From a virus: a stretch of DNA of 64,000 nucleotides. The stretch spans positions 32,001 to 96,000 of the IMG/VR virus record IMGVR_UViG_3300031707_000003; one strand, written 5' to 3'. Position numbers and translations under genes: made by a program. Every line of letters starts with the position of its first letter. Position 1 is the first letter of the stretch. Below, piece after piece: positions 39,809-49,579 of the stretch. The notes under the pieces are model-generated. The model ran no database searches. It saw nothing but the letters and a program-made list of their open reading frames with translations, and was not told the origin of the DNA.

Positions 39809-42800
39809 ATGGCCGGCACCTACACTCCGACAGGCACGTACGCCAACCTCACGCGACTTGAGCTGGAGCAGCTCCGGCGTGGCGACTTCACGGCTGGCGG
39901 CAAGGCCCTGACGATCGGGGATTCTGCCCTCGCGCCTGAGGGTGTTGTCGGCAAGGGTGACGTCACTGCCGAGGTGTTCTACACGACCCCCTCGCTCTCG
40001 TTGAGCGAGGTCAACAGCCTCACACCGCCCTCAGAGCCGGGAAAGTTTCTCGGCAATGACAACACCTACAAGGATCTGACGCTTTACGTTTCCGGCGGAA
40101 GTGCTGGAGCGGGTGGGCAGTGGGTGGGTCCAACCGAAATTTCATTCGGGGCTGCTGGTGTGGGTACTGCGACGACGGCGGGATCGGTTCTGACGGACAT
40201 CGCAGCCAGCTTTATCGTGGATGGAGTCCTCCCAGGCGATCTCCTGCTCATTGAGCACTCCTCGGCCCCCACGACGAATAATTTCAGTACTGCCATTGTG
40301 TCCGTGGTGGGCGCTACCACCCTGACGTGCACCAACATCGTTCGAGGCGGCCTCCCGGTCGCGACGTTCATCGGCGCTCAGATCGAGTTGTACCAGGTCG
40401 TACGTGCGGGCGCCGTAGCGCTCTTTGCCGTTCCCGGTTCCGGCCCCACGGGCGAAGAGCAGACGTTCCTTTTCGTTGATTCCGCGTCGACGTTGAACTC
40501 GAACCCCAGTCCGACGACGGACGACATCAACGCCGATCGCCTCAAAAACATCATCTCACCGAAGTACGGCCTCAACGCTTCGGTCGACCGTGCAGATGCC
40601 GTCTTTGGGTTTCCTGCCCCCCACACGGATCTCTCAGGGTTGGGTTACCGTGTTGTGCTCTATCCGGACAACGGGACCGGTACCGGGCCAAATTTGGCGG
40701 CTCCGATCACATCCCTGAATCCGCTGATCGACCCCGGTATACCCGCAGCCGATCAACGGGTCACCATCGACTATGCGGCCGGTACGGTACGGCTCTCGTG
40801 TGCACCAAAACTTGGGGGTCAGATCAAGGTTGCGGGCGGAGTGGACGGGGTGACCGGTCGCCTCAAGCTTTACGCGGTCTATTGGGTAAACGTCAGCCAG
40901 ACGGGAGGCCCGACTTTCTATGACGTCAGGTCCACCGCTGCGGGTCTCTTTACCCGCACTTCGGATCCCGTCACGGTCACACCTCCGGCATGGATGCAGT
41001 GGTTCGGCGGGTCGACCAGGTCTTGGACGCTACTCGGCCACTCGGTCACGGGTGGTGTTACCTCGCAGAGCCAGGTCAGGGTATCGGGGTTCGTAGCGGA
41101 AGCGGACGCGACGCTCCAGGTTTTGGGGGTCGACCAACAATTCAACACCTCGCTCGTCAAGAAGGCCAACGCGGGCCTGTTTACTTGCGGCGACGGTGTG
41201 AAGTCGTTCGGCGACTTCAACGGGGCCACCGCTCTCGAACAAGCCATCAGCTTTTGGATCTCCACTGCCTCTCTCAACAACTCGTTGACGATCTACTTGA
41301 AGGGCGGGGCCTATACGCTGGGTAACAGCAACTTCAATATCCCGGCGGGCAAAGAGGTCATTATCCGAGGCGAGGGGCGCGAAGCCACTCGCATTCTTTT
41401 CGACGGTGGCTCAGTCATCACTACCTGCATCGGTGTTAATGCAGGATCGCGTCTCCATCTCGCTGATCTCGCGATCAGATACGGAGCGGGTGGTTACCTC
41501 TCGGCCCAAGGATCCGTCAGTGCGGACAACTGCCTGTTCGAGAGTATTACCATCTCGTACTCGAATGCGACGCCGTACAAGGCAGCGACAACCGGACCGT
41601 TCCCGTTCCTAGGGCTCTTTACGAACTGCGAGTTTAACAACGCCATCAGCAACCCCTTCCCAGCCACACCCCGATGCGCCGTCTCAATCTACGCGAGCGG
41701 CACGAGCATGAAGGGTTTCGTGTTCCGTAACTGCACGATGCGCAGCGCTGACGCTGGTGGCACGGTGGTCTACGTCACGACCTTCGGTGCGGGCTCACTT
41801 GCAGCCACGGTTAGCGACCTCGCCTTCGAGAACTGTGTGATTGATCTCGCTACGGTCGATTCAACGTCGAGCACGGCGATCTCCGGCCCCGCAGGGGTGC
41901 TTTCTGTTGATCCCGACCTCACACTCGACAAGCTGACTGTGGATCTGGTGCGATTTATTGACTGCACAGTCAGTGCTGTGGTGGGTGCCGCCCGAGCCAA
42001 CACCGTGTTGCTGCATCTGATGCCCCTGCCGTTTGATGCTGCGAATACGACAGCCGAACGGGCAATCATCGGCACGGTCAAGATTTCAGGAGGCATTTGG
42101 TCCGTCCCAGCCTTCAACGGAACCGATTTCTCGCCGTTCTTTCTCGCGTGCTGCTTCCCCATCGTGGAGAATGTGGTATTCCGTGGCGCCGGGCAGGAGA
42201 CCCAAGCGTTCAACACCAGTCCTGGGTACCGAGGGAATGGTCTCCTCACGGACACCCAAAGGATCTGTTTGAAAGGGAATACGGCGAATTACCCTACTAA
42301 CCAATCCAAATTCGCCACGATTGCCGCCTCTGGTCAGGCCGTTTACCTTACTATTGCTGGGGGTGTCCCCCTCGCCAAACTCCATACGGGGATGACCATC
42401 CGTGGGGTGCAGTTCGATAACTTTCACCGGAAGGCGGGTCCTAGCGGCGTCCTTCTGGTCATCGGGCCTGACATCAAGAGCGGTGCGGCAGACGTTGACG
42501 GAATCCATGTCCGAGGCATCCCTGGGGCAACGGGCGTCGGCAACTTGGTCGATGCTTGGATGCTCTTCATTCCGGGCGGCGATGCTGGGTCCACGAGCCG
42601 AGGTACCAACGGCACCTTCCGAAACATCACATTCTCTGCTTTGCTCGACACCCCGGCGATCAACGACACTTGGACGAATCGCGGGTTCATCCGGATAATT
42701 CCGGAGGGTCGGATGTACTTCGAGGACATCACAATTACACCGACCAAGCAGGGTAGCGTCGACGGTCCCATTGGGATTTCAGCCCCCGCTATCAATCTGA

Positions 42801-43504
42801 ATTATCCGTTTGGAGGGGATAACGTCTTCACTCCAGGCGGGCCGATCTCCTTGAATCGCGTTCGCATCGAGAACTGGACAGCGGGAATTTGGTGGAATCA
42901 GAATCCGGTTACGATTCATGCGATCGGTCCGTTCATCATCAAGGCCCTCCATCACGTTTGCTCAAATGTCGGCAACGGCATTTCGGTTAACCAGTCCATA
43001 GCCTTTAATCAGGGCTCAGCCGCCGCAAGCAGTTACACGATCCAGGGGATTGCGATTGAGGACTGCCAAATCTTCGTAACGTATGACCTCGCCCAAGCCC
43101 AGATCGGCACCATATTCCTCCAGTCTTCGACTTGGTCCCGTAACTTCCCCTGTTTCCTTAAGAACAATCACGTCGAAGACAACTGGCCCGCGTCGGCTGT
43201 CTACGTGGCGGGATCATACCAAATTGCTGTGATGTCATTTGACGTGGCCGCCAGCGCTCCGAACTTCAACATCATCGGTAACACTTTGGTTCGGAAGAAC
43301 CTCTCTTTTCCAAGCGGCCTTCTTGGACTCTGTCGTCTCCAACAAGGTGCTTCGTTGGCTCTCACTACGAACACCAAGTATGGGGGTACCTCGGCCTTTT
43401 ACACGAATGCTCAGACAGGGCACTCGATCGTAGACACTGACAAATTCCTCTTTGCGAACACGTTCGACATGGAATGTAACATGGCGCAGTTGGCTACGGC
43501 ATGA
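39809..43504 (+). CDS. Tailspike/receptor-binding protein with a right-handed parallel beta-helix (possible depolymerase)
   Basis: Helix-cap pattern 'GDG..SFGDFNG..ALEQAI...IYLKGGAY...IRGEG' followed by 'F.NC.F' and 'I.N..F' coil repeats. Confidence 0.75.
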   Translation: MAGTYTPTGTYANLTRLELEQLRRGDFTAGGKALTIGDSALAPEGVVGKGDVTAEVFYTTPSLSLSEVNSLTPPSEPGKFLGNDNTYKDLTLYVSGGSAGAGGQWVGPTEISFGAAGVGTATTAGSVLTDIAASFIVDGVLPGDLLLIEHSSAPTTNNFSTAIVSVVGATTLTCTNIVRGGLPVATFIGAQIELYQVVRAGAVALFAVPGSGPTGEEQTFLFVDSASTLNSNPSPTTDDINADRLKNIISPKYGLNASVDRADAVFGFPAPHTDLSGLGYRVVLYPDNGTGTGPNLAAPITSLNPLIDPGIPAADQRVTIDYAAGTVRLSCAPKLGGQIKVAGGVDGVTGRLKLYAVYWVNVSQTGGPTFYDVRSTAAGLFTRTSDPVTVTPPAWMQWFGGSTRSWTLLGHSVTGGVTSQSQVRVSGFVAEADATLQVLGVDQQFNTSLVKKANAGLFTCGDGVKSFGDFNGATALEQAISFWISTASLNNSLTIYLKGGAYTLGNSNFNIPAGKEVIIRGEGREATRILFDGGSVITTCIGVNAGSRLHLADLAIRYGAGGYLSAQGSVSADNCLFESITISYSNATPYKAATTGPFPFLGLFTNCEFNNAISNPFPATPRCAVSIYASGTSMKGFVFRNCTMRSADAGGTVVYVTTFGAGSLAATVSDLAFENCVIDLATVDSTSSTAISGPAGVLSVDPDLTLDKLTVDLVRFIDCTVSAVVGAARANTVLLHLMPLPFDAANTTAERAIIGTVKISGGIWSVPAFNGTDFSPFFLACCFPIVENVVFRGAGQETQAFNTSPGYRGNGLLTDTQRICLKGNTANYPTNQSKFATIAASGQAVYLTIAGGVPLAKLHTGMTIRGVQFDNFHRKAGPSGVLLVIGPDIKSGAADVDGIHVRGIPGATGVGNLVDAWMLFIPGGDAGSTSRGTNGTFRNITFSALLDTPAINDTWTNRGFIRIIPEGRMYFEDITITPTKQGSVDGPIGISAPAINLNYPFGGDNVFTPGGPISLNRVRIENWTAGIWWNQNPVTIHAIGPFIIKALHHVCSNVGNGISVNQSIAFNQGSAAASSYTIQGIAIEDCQIFVTYDLAQAQIGTIFLQSSTWSRNFPCFLKNNHVEDNWPASAVYVAGSYQIAVMSFDVAASAPNFNIIGNTLVRKNLSFPSGLLGLCRLQQGASLALTTNTKYGGTSAFYTNAQTGHSIVDTDKFLFANTFDMECNMAQLATA

Positions 43505-43514
43505 GGTTGATCCA

Positions 43515-44156
43515 ATGAGCGCCCACTACCTCATCGACCTCTACGGCAACCCCTTGGGGAGTGCTCGGATCCTCGACGTACGAAACCCGTCGAACGATCA
43601 GAGCCTCTCAAACGGGAGTTTTGTGGTTCGTGTGCCCGATGGTGTCCAGGTGGTGAACCCCACGGACCTCACGGATCTGTTGACCAAGAAGTACGTGGGC
43701 CTCCTCGCGTTCTACACGGGCTTCACGCGGATCTCGTTCGATGACCTTACGGATGCTTCAGGAGTCAACACAGCTCCCGGAACTTCCGCCGCCTTGACAA
43801 CCGGGCTACGCGGGTCCGTGGGCCTCTACCCGACGGCAGGGGCTCGTGTTCAATCGGTGGTCACGCCGCTCACCCCCGCCCAACCTACCGTATGCGTCGT
43901 CACGTTCGAGACGTTCCGGTATACCTCGACCGACGACAAGAACGACCGCTACCAGCGGACCTACGAAGAGATCGCCTCCTCTCCCTCCAGCATCACGTGC
44001 TCGGTGAGCTTCAACGGGGGCGCGACGTTCCTTCCGACCACGGAAGGGGCTGTTCTCAACATCCCCTTGGCGGATCAGGGGACCAACTTCGTCATCCGGC
44101 TTACGAACGTCTCCGGGCAGCGACTCTTCCTGGGCTCGTGGGCCGTTATCTATTAG
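43515..44156 (+). CDS. Hypothetical structural protein
   Basis: Start at ATG 43515 after GAGG; 'VSFNGGATF' Asp-box-like motif. Confidence 0.6.
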   Translation: MSAHYLIDLYGNPLGSARILDVRNPSNDQSLSNGSFVVRVPDGVQVVNPTDLTDLLTKKYVGLLAFYTGFTRISFDDLTDASGVNTAPGTSAALTTGLRGSVGLYPTAGARVQSVVTPLTPAQPTVCVVTFETFRYTSTDDKNDRYQRTYEEIASSPSSITCSVSFNGGATFLPTTEGAVLNIPLADQGTNFVIRLTNVSGQRLFLGSWAVIY

Positions 44157-44228
44157 GCGGCGATGTGTTGGTGGGCCTACGGCTCTAACCTACTGATACG
44201 TCGTCCAGGCAAAGGGATGTAGACGAAC

Positions 44229-47200
44229 ATGACCGAGAACTTGGGAAGCGGCGTCTCGCGCGTCCTCGATCCGACGGGGACGCAATTCACAGAGGTTGTG
44301 CTTCAGCAGGGTAAGCCCCCGCTCGATGCGGAATTCAACCTTCTGCAAGAGCTGGCGACGAACTTTTCGCGTCAGATCGTCCTCCGTGGGTCACCGTCGG
44401 GGTTTCTTGGCAACGAGACGAACCCCTCCGCCGACTACCTCACGAACCCCATCTGGTCGAACTGGTTCAAGTTCGGACCCCAGCGCACGGGTGAACAACG
44501 GGCTGTCATGTGGGCCGCCATCAACGGCTGGCTCATCCCGGTCTCAGGTACGCGTACGGGCACACCTCCCGGTTCTCCGAACGATACGGACACGTTCAAC
44601 CTCATCGCCCTGGATCCACCTCCGAGCAACTCGGGCGACTTCCGCATCGACTACGTCTTCCTGGAGGCGTGGATTGCGCTCATCCCGCCGAACCCGGCAG
44701 CCCTCAACAAGCCGGCTGCCTCGGCTGTTTGGCGGTACGGCAACGTCGAAGGCGGTTTCTCGTTCCTCTCCGACGATCTCGTCGACCCGGCTCTCGGGTT
44801 CGAGACGACCAAGCGGGTTCAGCTCCAGTATCGCCTTCGAGTCGTGAAGGGCCTCGTAGGCCTGACGAGCGCACCGGACGGTTTCGACCCCGTTGTCGTC
44901 AAGGCTCAGGGTGCAGCAACATCTCCTGGGAGCTACACGTTCTCGAACATGCGGTCCGCTCTTGGGGACCCTGGCCTCTGGCGGGCCGGTGACGGCTCCT
45001 CGACGGCTCAGGCCGCCCTCGGCACGGCAGACGGGTACTCGTACGCAGTTCCGATCGCGACGATCTTCCGTCGCAACTCGGTCAACTGGGCCGGCGACCC
45101 GAGCCAGAACCTCAACGGTGGTTTCAACCGCAATCCGACGGCGGTGGACCGGACCGGGATTAAGACCTTCTCCTCGGTTCCCACTCTGGTCTCGGATCTT
45201 TCGGCGGCAGCCACGACGGCCTTCATCCTTTCGGCGATCAACATCCCGTTGCCGATCACCCCGGCAACGCCGGTGCTCATCCAAATCGGCGATGAGCTGA
45301 TGACGTACGTGTCGGTCACGACCGGTGGCTCGCCCACGATCACGGGCCTCGTCCGTGGCGCAAACGGCACGCGTGCGGAAGTTCACAAGGCAGGGGCGAC
45401 CGTGAAGGTCATCTCCGGGCGTCCGGACGGGCTGTTCTCTGATCAGATCGCGAAGACGGACATCCTCGATCTCCGTCACATCGTCAACCCGAACGGCTTC
45501 GACTACAACGCGCTCCTCAAGGGAAGTCTCGATCGACTTCTTCGAGGACAGCTCCGTGCCAACTGGAAGCGGACGGGTGCAGGTCCCCAAGGACCTTTCG
45601 TCCCCTACCAGGACAAGATCGCGGCGGGAGCCGTGTCTCTTGGTGTCACGAAGCTCGATGCTCCGGACAACATCCGTCTCAGCTTCTCGGATGCGGCCAC
45701 TCCCCAACCCGTCGAGCTGATTCTCAAGGCAAACTCGGTTGCGGTCCCGGCGCCCATCAACGTGGCCTGGTCTCTCCAGCTCAGCGCGAACCACACCACG
45801 AGAAGCGTCAACAACCAGTTCACGGCTGGTGATGTCATCACCTTCCCGGTATCGCAGCTCAAGACGGGCCTCCCCGGCGGAGATTCCGACCAGATCCGTT
45901 GGATCAACGATGGAGTCACCAACGCGATCGTTCTTCGGATCGATGGGCAACCCGCGCCAGTCCCGACGTCCCTGTACACGGTGACCCCGGCGAACCCCAC
46001 TCAGGCCAACGATCTCGTGATCACGCTTGGGACGAACTTTCCGACGACCACGAACCAGCTCTACATCACGCTCCACGTGATGTATGGCCCAGGACGAGGC
46101 CTCTCGCGTCGCCCCGATTCGATCCACACGATCGCGTACATCAACCCGTCCACGGAACTCCTTCTCCAGCCGTCGGGCGTGCCAAGCGGCAACCTGCCCA
46201 CGCGGGTCGCGTGGAACCTCCTCTGGAGCAAGTTCCGAGGGACAACCTTCAAGCGGCTTGTGCCTTCGACCTCCGAGGCCTACGCGGATCTTGGCAGCAA
46301 GTCGGTCACCTTGACCCCCTTCCGTCGGATCAACTGGCCGACAGAGTTCCGTACGCTCGATGGTACGGCAGCGAATCCCCGTTCGGGAGCCCCAATTGCG
46401 GGCAGCTCTACGGGCGAGGCGAACAGCTCCACAACGTTCACGGACTTGTCCGCCAGCTTCATCGTTGCCGGCGTCGTGGCAGGGGATGCGCTCATCATCC
46501 AGGATGGCTTTGCTCCTGGTCGCTACACGGTTCTCACCGTAGCGGCGACAACTCTGGCGGTCGAACGCTCGATCTTCGCGGGAGCTTTCCCTCCTGCCAC
46601 CGGTCTCACGTACGAGATCCACCATGCTCAGGGGCTCATGCCGCTCCTCAAGCCGGATGGCGTCACACCCAAGTGGGTGACCACGGATCCCTTGGCCCTG
46701 TTCTCAGGAACGACCGAAGCGAGCTTGTTCACGAAGAACGTCTACGTGGAACTCCCGAGGCATCTCGTGCCTGGTTGGGGTGACGTTCGTGTCCCCATCC
46801 TCGCGTCAGACAGCACGGTCTTCGCCGAGGGTATCAACTACATGACCCTCACGAAGAAGGGTGGCCCTCCCTTCAGTGATGGGGACAAGAACTACGTTCC
46901 GTACGCGAACGGGTCGCTGACGTACGCCGTCTTCTCGACACTCGACTTCAACCCGCCGGGGACGAACCCGGCGACGTACAACGCGGCGTTTACGTTTGGC
47001 GGCAAGACGTTCGCGGGTACGCGGTTCTTTACGGACACGCGTGGCCTTGGGCGGAAGGGTCTCGAACTCCCTCCGTTCTACGGTATCGCCCGCCTTTTCG
47101 CGGTCTACGAAGCCAACAACTACAAGATCGCGGGTTCGGCGTACGACGCCACCACCCGCAATCCGACGGGCGGCGGGGCCACGAACCTGCTCCGGCAGAA

Positions 47201-48611
47201 CTTCGATGGACCCGCCTTTTGGGTCGAAATCGACGGCGATGGGGACTCGACGTACATCCTGAACGCAGACGCCATTGACCTTTCCCGGTCTCCAACGTTG
47301 ATCAGCTCGTTCGCGTCGGGCAACTACGTCATCGAGGCGAGCATCTTCGGCTTCGATCGGGGGGCTTTTGACCTCACGAAAGAATTCCGTCTTGTGATGA
47401 CGCGTCCGACAAGCCCCTCGTTCATGCGGAACCAGGCTGTCGACGGGATCGTCCGAGCGAACAATATCGGCGTCGTGGTGACGGGTCCCACGTCTGTCCT
47501 CCCAGGGCCGGCAACGAACTCGGACCAGATCGTCGTGAACTACTCGCGTACGCCGTACCAAGGTGACGCGTGGGGTTCTCAGACGAACTACATCGACATC
47601 CCGTACACACCCGGCCCTCTCGCAACGGGAACCGCCTATCAAGTCGTGTCGACGGTGCTCGATGAGGCCAACCTCACGAGGCCAAACCAGAAGGTCCTCG
47701 AAGTCCTCGCTTCGGTCGGATTCGCGACGACTCTCGGGACGGGGCGGTACTCGGGTGACACGCAAGAGTCTCCGCCCCCGCCTCCGCCCCCGGCGATTCC
47801 CCCGCCGCTGCCTCCGTTGAACTCTCTCGACTTCCGTGATCCGGGCTTCGAGGATCCGACGGTCTACCCCCCGGCATCTCCTGTCGTCTCGCGTCCGAAG
47901 TCTCTTCCTGGGAACTTCGATCCGCTCGATCGTGGTGAAACAGGGACCGAATACCTTGGTTGTACCGAACGGCTCCCCATGGGCGCTCTCTTCCGTGACA
48001 AGGACTTCCGAGGTCACCTCCTCGGATCCGGGGAAGGGACGTCGAGTCCGCTCATTCTTCTTGGTGGTAACGGGCAAGGGCCCGTCGCGAGCTTGGCGGC
48101 CACCAAGTCGATCGAGCAGACCGAGATCCTTCTCGACACCGCATCGACCTCGACCGGGGCTCCCGGCGACGCCATCGTTCAAGTCGATGGCGAGCAAGGC
48201 AACTACTCGATCCTTGTCAACTTCCGGACGAACCGTGGCGGGTCGGCGTTCACGGCAAACGGCGGGCACCCAGGCGGCGAAGTCTCGATGACCCAACCGG
48301 ACGTCCGGGCAGAGGCCAGCCACACGAACGTCCTCGAAGGGCGAGCCTTCCTCGTCCGCAACGCGGTCACGAACGTCGGTGCAACCGAGGTCTCAGCCGG
48401 CGGTGAGCTGATGCTGCTTGTTGTCACCCAAGTCCAGCAGCTTCGGGACACAAACCCTCATCCCGGTTCTATCGCCATCGGGACGAACGGTACTGGAGAG
48501 GGCTACACGGCGGCCGATCTCTACCGCATCGACGGTCACCCCTTGGTCAGCGACAACGTGCGTATGATCATCGACCCGTCGACTATCCCCCTCTCGAAGC
48601 GAGTGCAGTGA
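44229..48611 (+). CDS. Large (1460 aa) tail fibre/baseplate anchor protein
   Basis: Motifs 'LQQGKPPLDAEFN', 'TKRVQLQYRLRV', 'GDPGLW.AGDG', 'G..DG..YA.P...FRRN' and 'RPDG.F.D' shared with the 34947 ORF. Confidence 0.7.
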   Translation: MTENLGSGVSRVLDPTGTQFTEVVLQQGKPPLDAEFNLLQELATNFSRQIVLRGSPSGFLGNETNPSADYLTNPIWSNWFKFGPQRTGEQRAVMWAAINGWLIPVSGTRTGTPPGSPNDTDTFNLIALDPPPSNSGDFRIDYVFLEAWIALIPPNPAALNKPAASAVWRYGNVEGGFSFLSDDLVDPALGFETTKRVQLQYRLRVVKGLVGLTSAPDGFDPVVVKAQGAATSPGSYTFSNMRSALGDPGLWRAGDGSSTAQAALGTADGYSYAVPIATIFRRNSVNWAGDPSQNLNGGFNRNPTAVDRTGIKTFSSVPTLVSDLSAAATTAFILSAINIPLPITPATPVLIQIGDELMTYVSVTTGGSPTITGLVRGANGTRAEVHKAGATVKVISGRPDGLFSDQIAKTDILDLRHIVNPNGFDYNALLKGSLDRLLRGQLRANWKRTGAGPQGPFVPYQDKIAAGAVSLGVTKLDAPDNIRLSFSDAATPQPVELILKANSVAVPAPINVAWSLQLSANHTTRSVNNQFTAGDVITFPVSQLKTGLPGGDSDQIRWINDGVTNAIVLRIDGQPAPVPTSLYTVTPANPTQANDLVITLGTNFPTTTNQLYITLHVMYGPGRGLSRRPDSIHTIAYINPSTELLLQPSGVPSGNLPTRVAWNLLWSKFRGTTFKRLVPSTSEAYADLGSKSVTLTPFRRINWPTEFRTLDGTAANPRSGAPIAGSSTGEANSSTTFTDLSASFIVAGVVAGDALIIQDGFAPGRYTVLTVAATTLAVERSIFAGAFPPATGLTYEIHHAQGLMPLLKPDGVTPKWVTTDPLALFSGTTEASLFTKNVYVELPRHLVPGWGDVRVPILASDSTVFAEGINYMTLTKKGGPPFSDGDKNYVPYANGSLTYAVFSTLDFNPPGTNPATYNAAFTFGGKTFAGTRFFTDTRGLGRKGLELPPFYGIARLFAVYEANNYKIAGSAYDATTRNPTGGGATNLLRQNFDGPAFWVEIDGDGDSTYILNADAIDLSRSPTLISSFASGNYVIEASIFGFDRGAFDLTKEFRLVMTRPTSPSFMRNQAVDGIVRANNIGVVVTGPTSVLPGPATNSDQIVVNYSRTPYQGDAWGSQTNYIDIPYTPGPLATGTAYQVVSTVLDEANLTRPNQKVLEVLASVGFATTLGTGRYSGDTQESPPPPPPPAIPPPLPPLNSLDFRDPGFEDPTVYPPASPVVSRPKSLPGNFDPLDRGETGTEYLGCTERLPMGALFRDKDFRGHLLGSGEGTSSPLILLGGNGQGPVASLAATKSIEQTEILLDTASTSTGAPGDAIVQVDGEQGNYSILVNFRTNRGGSAFTANGGHPGGEVSMTQPDVRAEASHTNVLEGRAFLVRNAVTNVGATEVSAGGELMLLVVTQVQQLRDTNPHPGSIAIGTNGTGEGYTAADLYRIDGHPLVSDNVRMIIDPSTIPLSKRVQ

Positions 48612-48612
48612 C

Positions 48613-49041
48613 ATGGGCATCCGTCACCTGACCTACCTCGATCTCTCCCCCGAGCAGCGCAAGGAAGGGGCCAAGGCTGCACGCGAGCAACTCCGGCAGG
48701 CGGTGGCCAACCCCTTCCTCTCGCCAGAGCAACAGAGTGCTCTTGCGGACCGGCGAGACCACATCGACAAGTGGGAGAAGGGTCACCTCGATCCCGCCCA
48801 CGGCCTCCAGCTTCATGGAAAGCCGAAGACTGCGGCGCTCCCTGGATCAGCGGAGCCCAAGGGTTTGTTGGCAGCTCCGTTGGTCGTGGTAGAGGAAGCC
48901 CCGCCGGCATCGGAAGATGTCCCGTTGGAAGGCCTCTTCGCGGATGATCTCCCCGAACCGACGCACCATGTCGTTCAGGTCATCGAGACCGTACCCATCG
49001 AGGAGCAGGTCACCGGATCTGCCGAGAAACCAAAGGCCTAG
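48613..49041 (+). CDS. Hypothetical protein
   Basis: 142 aa, starts 1 nt after the previous stop; helical N-terminus and acidic/Pro-rich tail. Confidence 0.55.
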   Translation: MGIRHLTYLDLSPEQRKEGAKAAREQLRQAVANPFLSPEQQSALADRRDHIDKWEKGHLDPAHGLQLHGKPKTAALPGSAEPKGLLAAPLVVVEEAPPASEDVPLEGLFADDLPEPTHHVVQVIETVPIEEQVTGSAEKPKA

Positions 49042-49056
49042 AAGAAGGGCCGATGA

Positions 49057-49066
49057 TCTCCCTATG
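49057..49066 (+). promoter_or_regulatory. Putative late promoter motif
   Basis: TCTCCCTATG upstream of the holin-like gene. Confidence 0.35.
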
Positions 49067-49091
49067 GGGGACCTCAGTGTGAGGTATTACT

Positions 49092-49577
49092 ATGTCGTCT
49101 CAGCTCGATAAGGGCTTCGAGGTCTTCGTGAACTGGCAGACCATCGTGTTCTGCCTTGGCATCTACTTTCTGACGTACATGATCCGCGTTGCCGTCGAGG
49201 CTCTCTGGAAGGGGGCTAAGGCCAGCAACCTCTGGACCGAGCTGGGGCTGCATTGCGGTCCCATCGGCACCGGGATGATCATCGCGTACTTCGCGACGAA
49301 GTTCCCCTGGCCGATGCCGATCGCCGATGTCATGTCGGCCAAGCTGTTCTACGGAGCCATCTGCGGCGGCATGAGCGGTTTCGTCTACGGACGGTTCCGT
49401 GCATGGATTGGTGTTGCGGCTGACAGCGCCACTCCGAGCGTCCAGAAGCTCGCGGTGAAGCTTGGTGGCAAGCCCTCCGATCCTCCCCCGGCTCTCCCTG
49501 ACGCCGGCAAGACGGAGCCCGCACCGGCCCCCGACGCGGCCACCGATACTCCGAAGGCGCCGGACAGCAAGAGCTGA
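49092..49577 (+). CDS. Holin-like membrane protein
   Basis: About three hydrophobic segments (WQTIVFCLGIYFLTY; GPIGTGMIIAYF; LFYGAICGGMSGFVY) and a charged C-terminal tail; located after the tail operon; GAGGT RBS. Confidence 0.55.
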   Translation: MSSQLDKGFEVFVNWQTIVFCLGIYFLTYMIRVAVEALWKGAKASNLWTELGLHCGPIGTGMIIAYFATKFPWPMPIADVMSAKLFYGAICGGMSGFVYGRFRAWIGVAADSATPSVQKLAVKLGGKPSDPPPALPDAGKTEPAPAPDAATDTPKAPDSKS

Positions 49578-49579
49578 CG

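Noticed and set aside
44544-48323. Long minus-strand ORFs (693 aa and 505 aa, plus others such as 2750-3991 and 35157-36074)
   Set aside because: They are antisense shadows of GC3-biased + strand genes, with R/D/V/E-rich translations and no recognisable motifs.
3-48611. Extracellular contractile injection system, tailocin or T6SS interpretation
   Set aside because: The region is contiguous and co-oriented with a phage replication module and homing elements, with no host housekeeping genes, so a phage genome is the simpler explanation.
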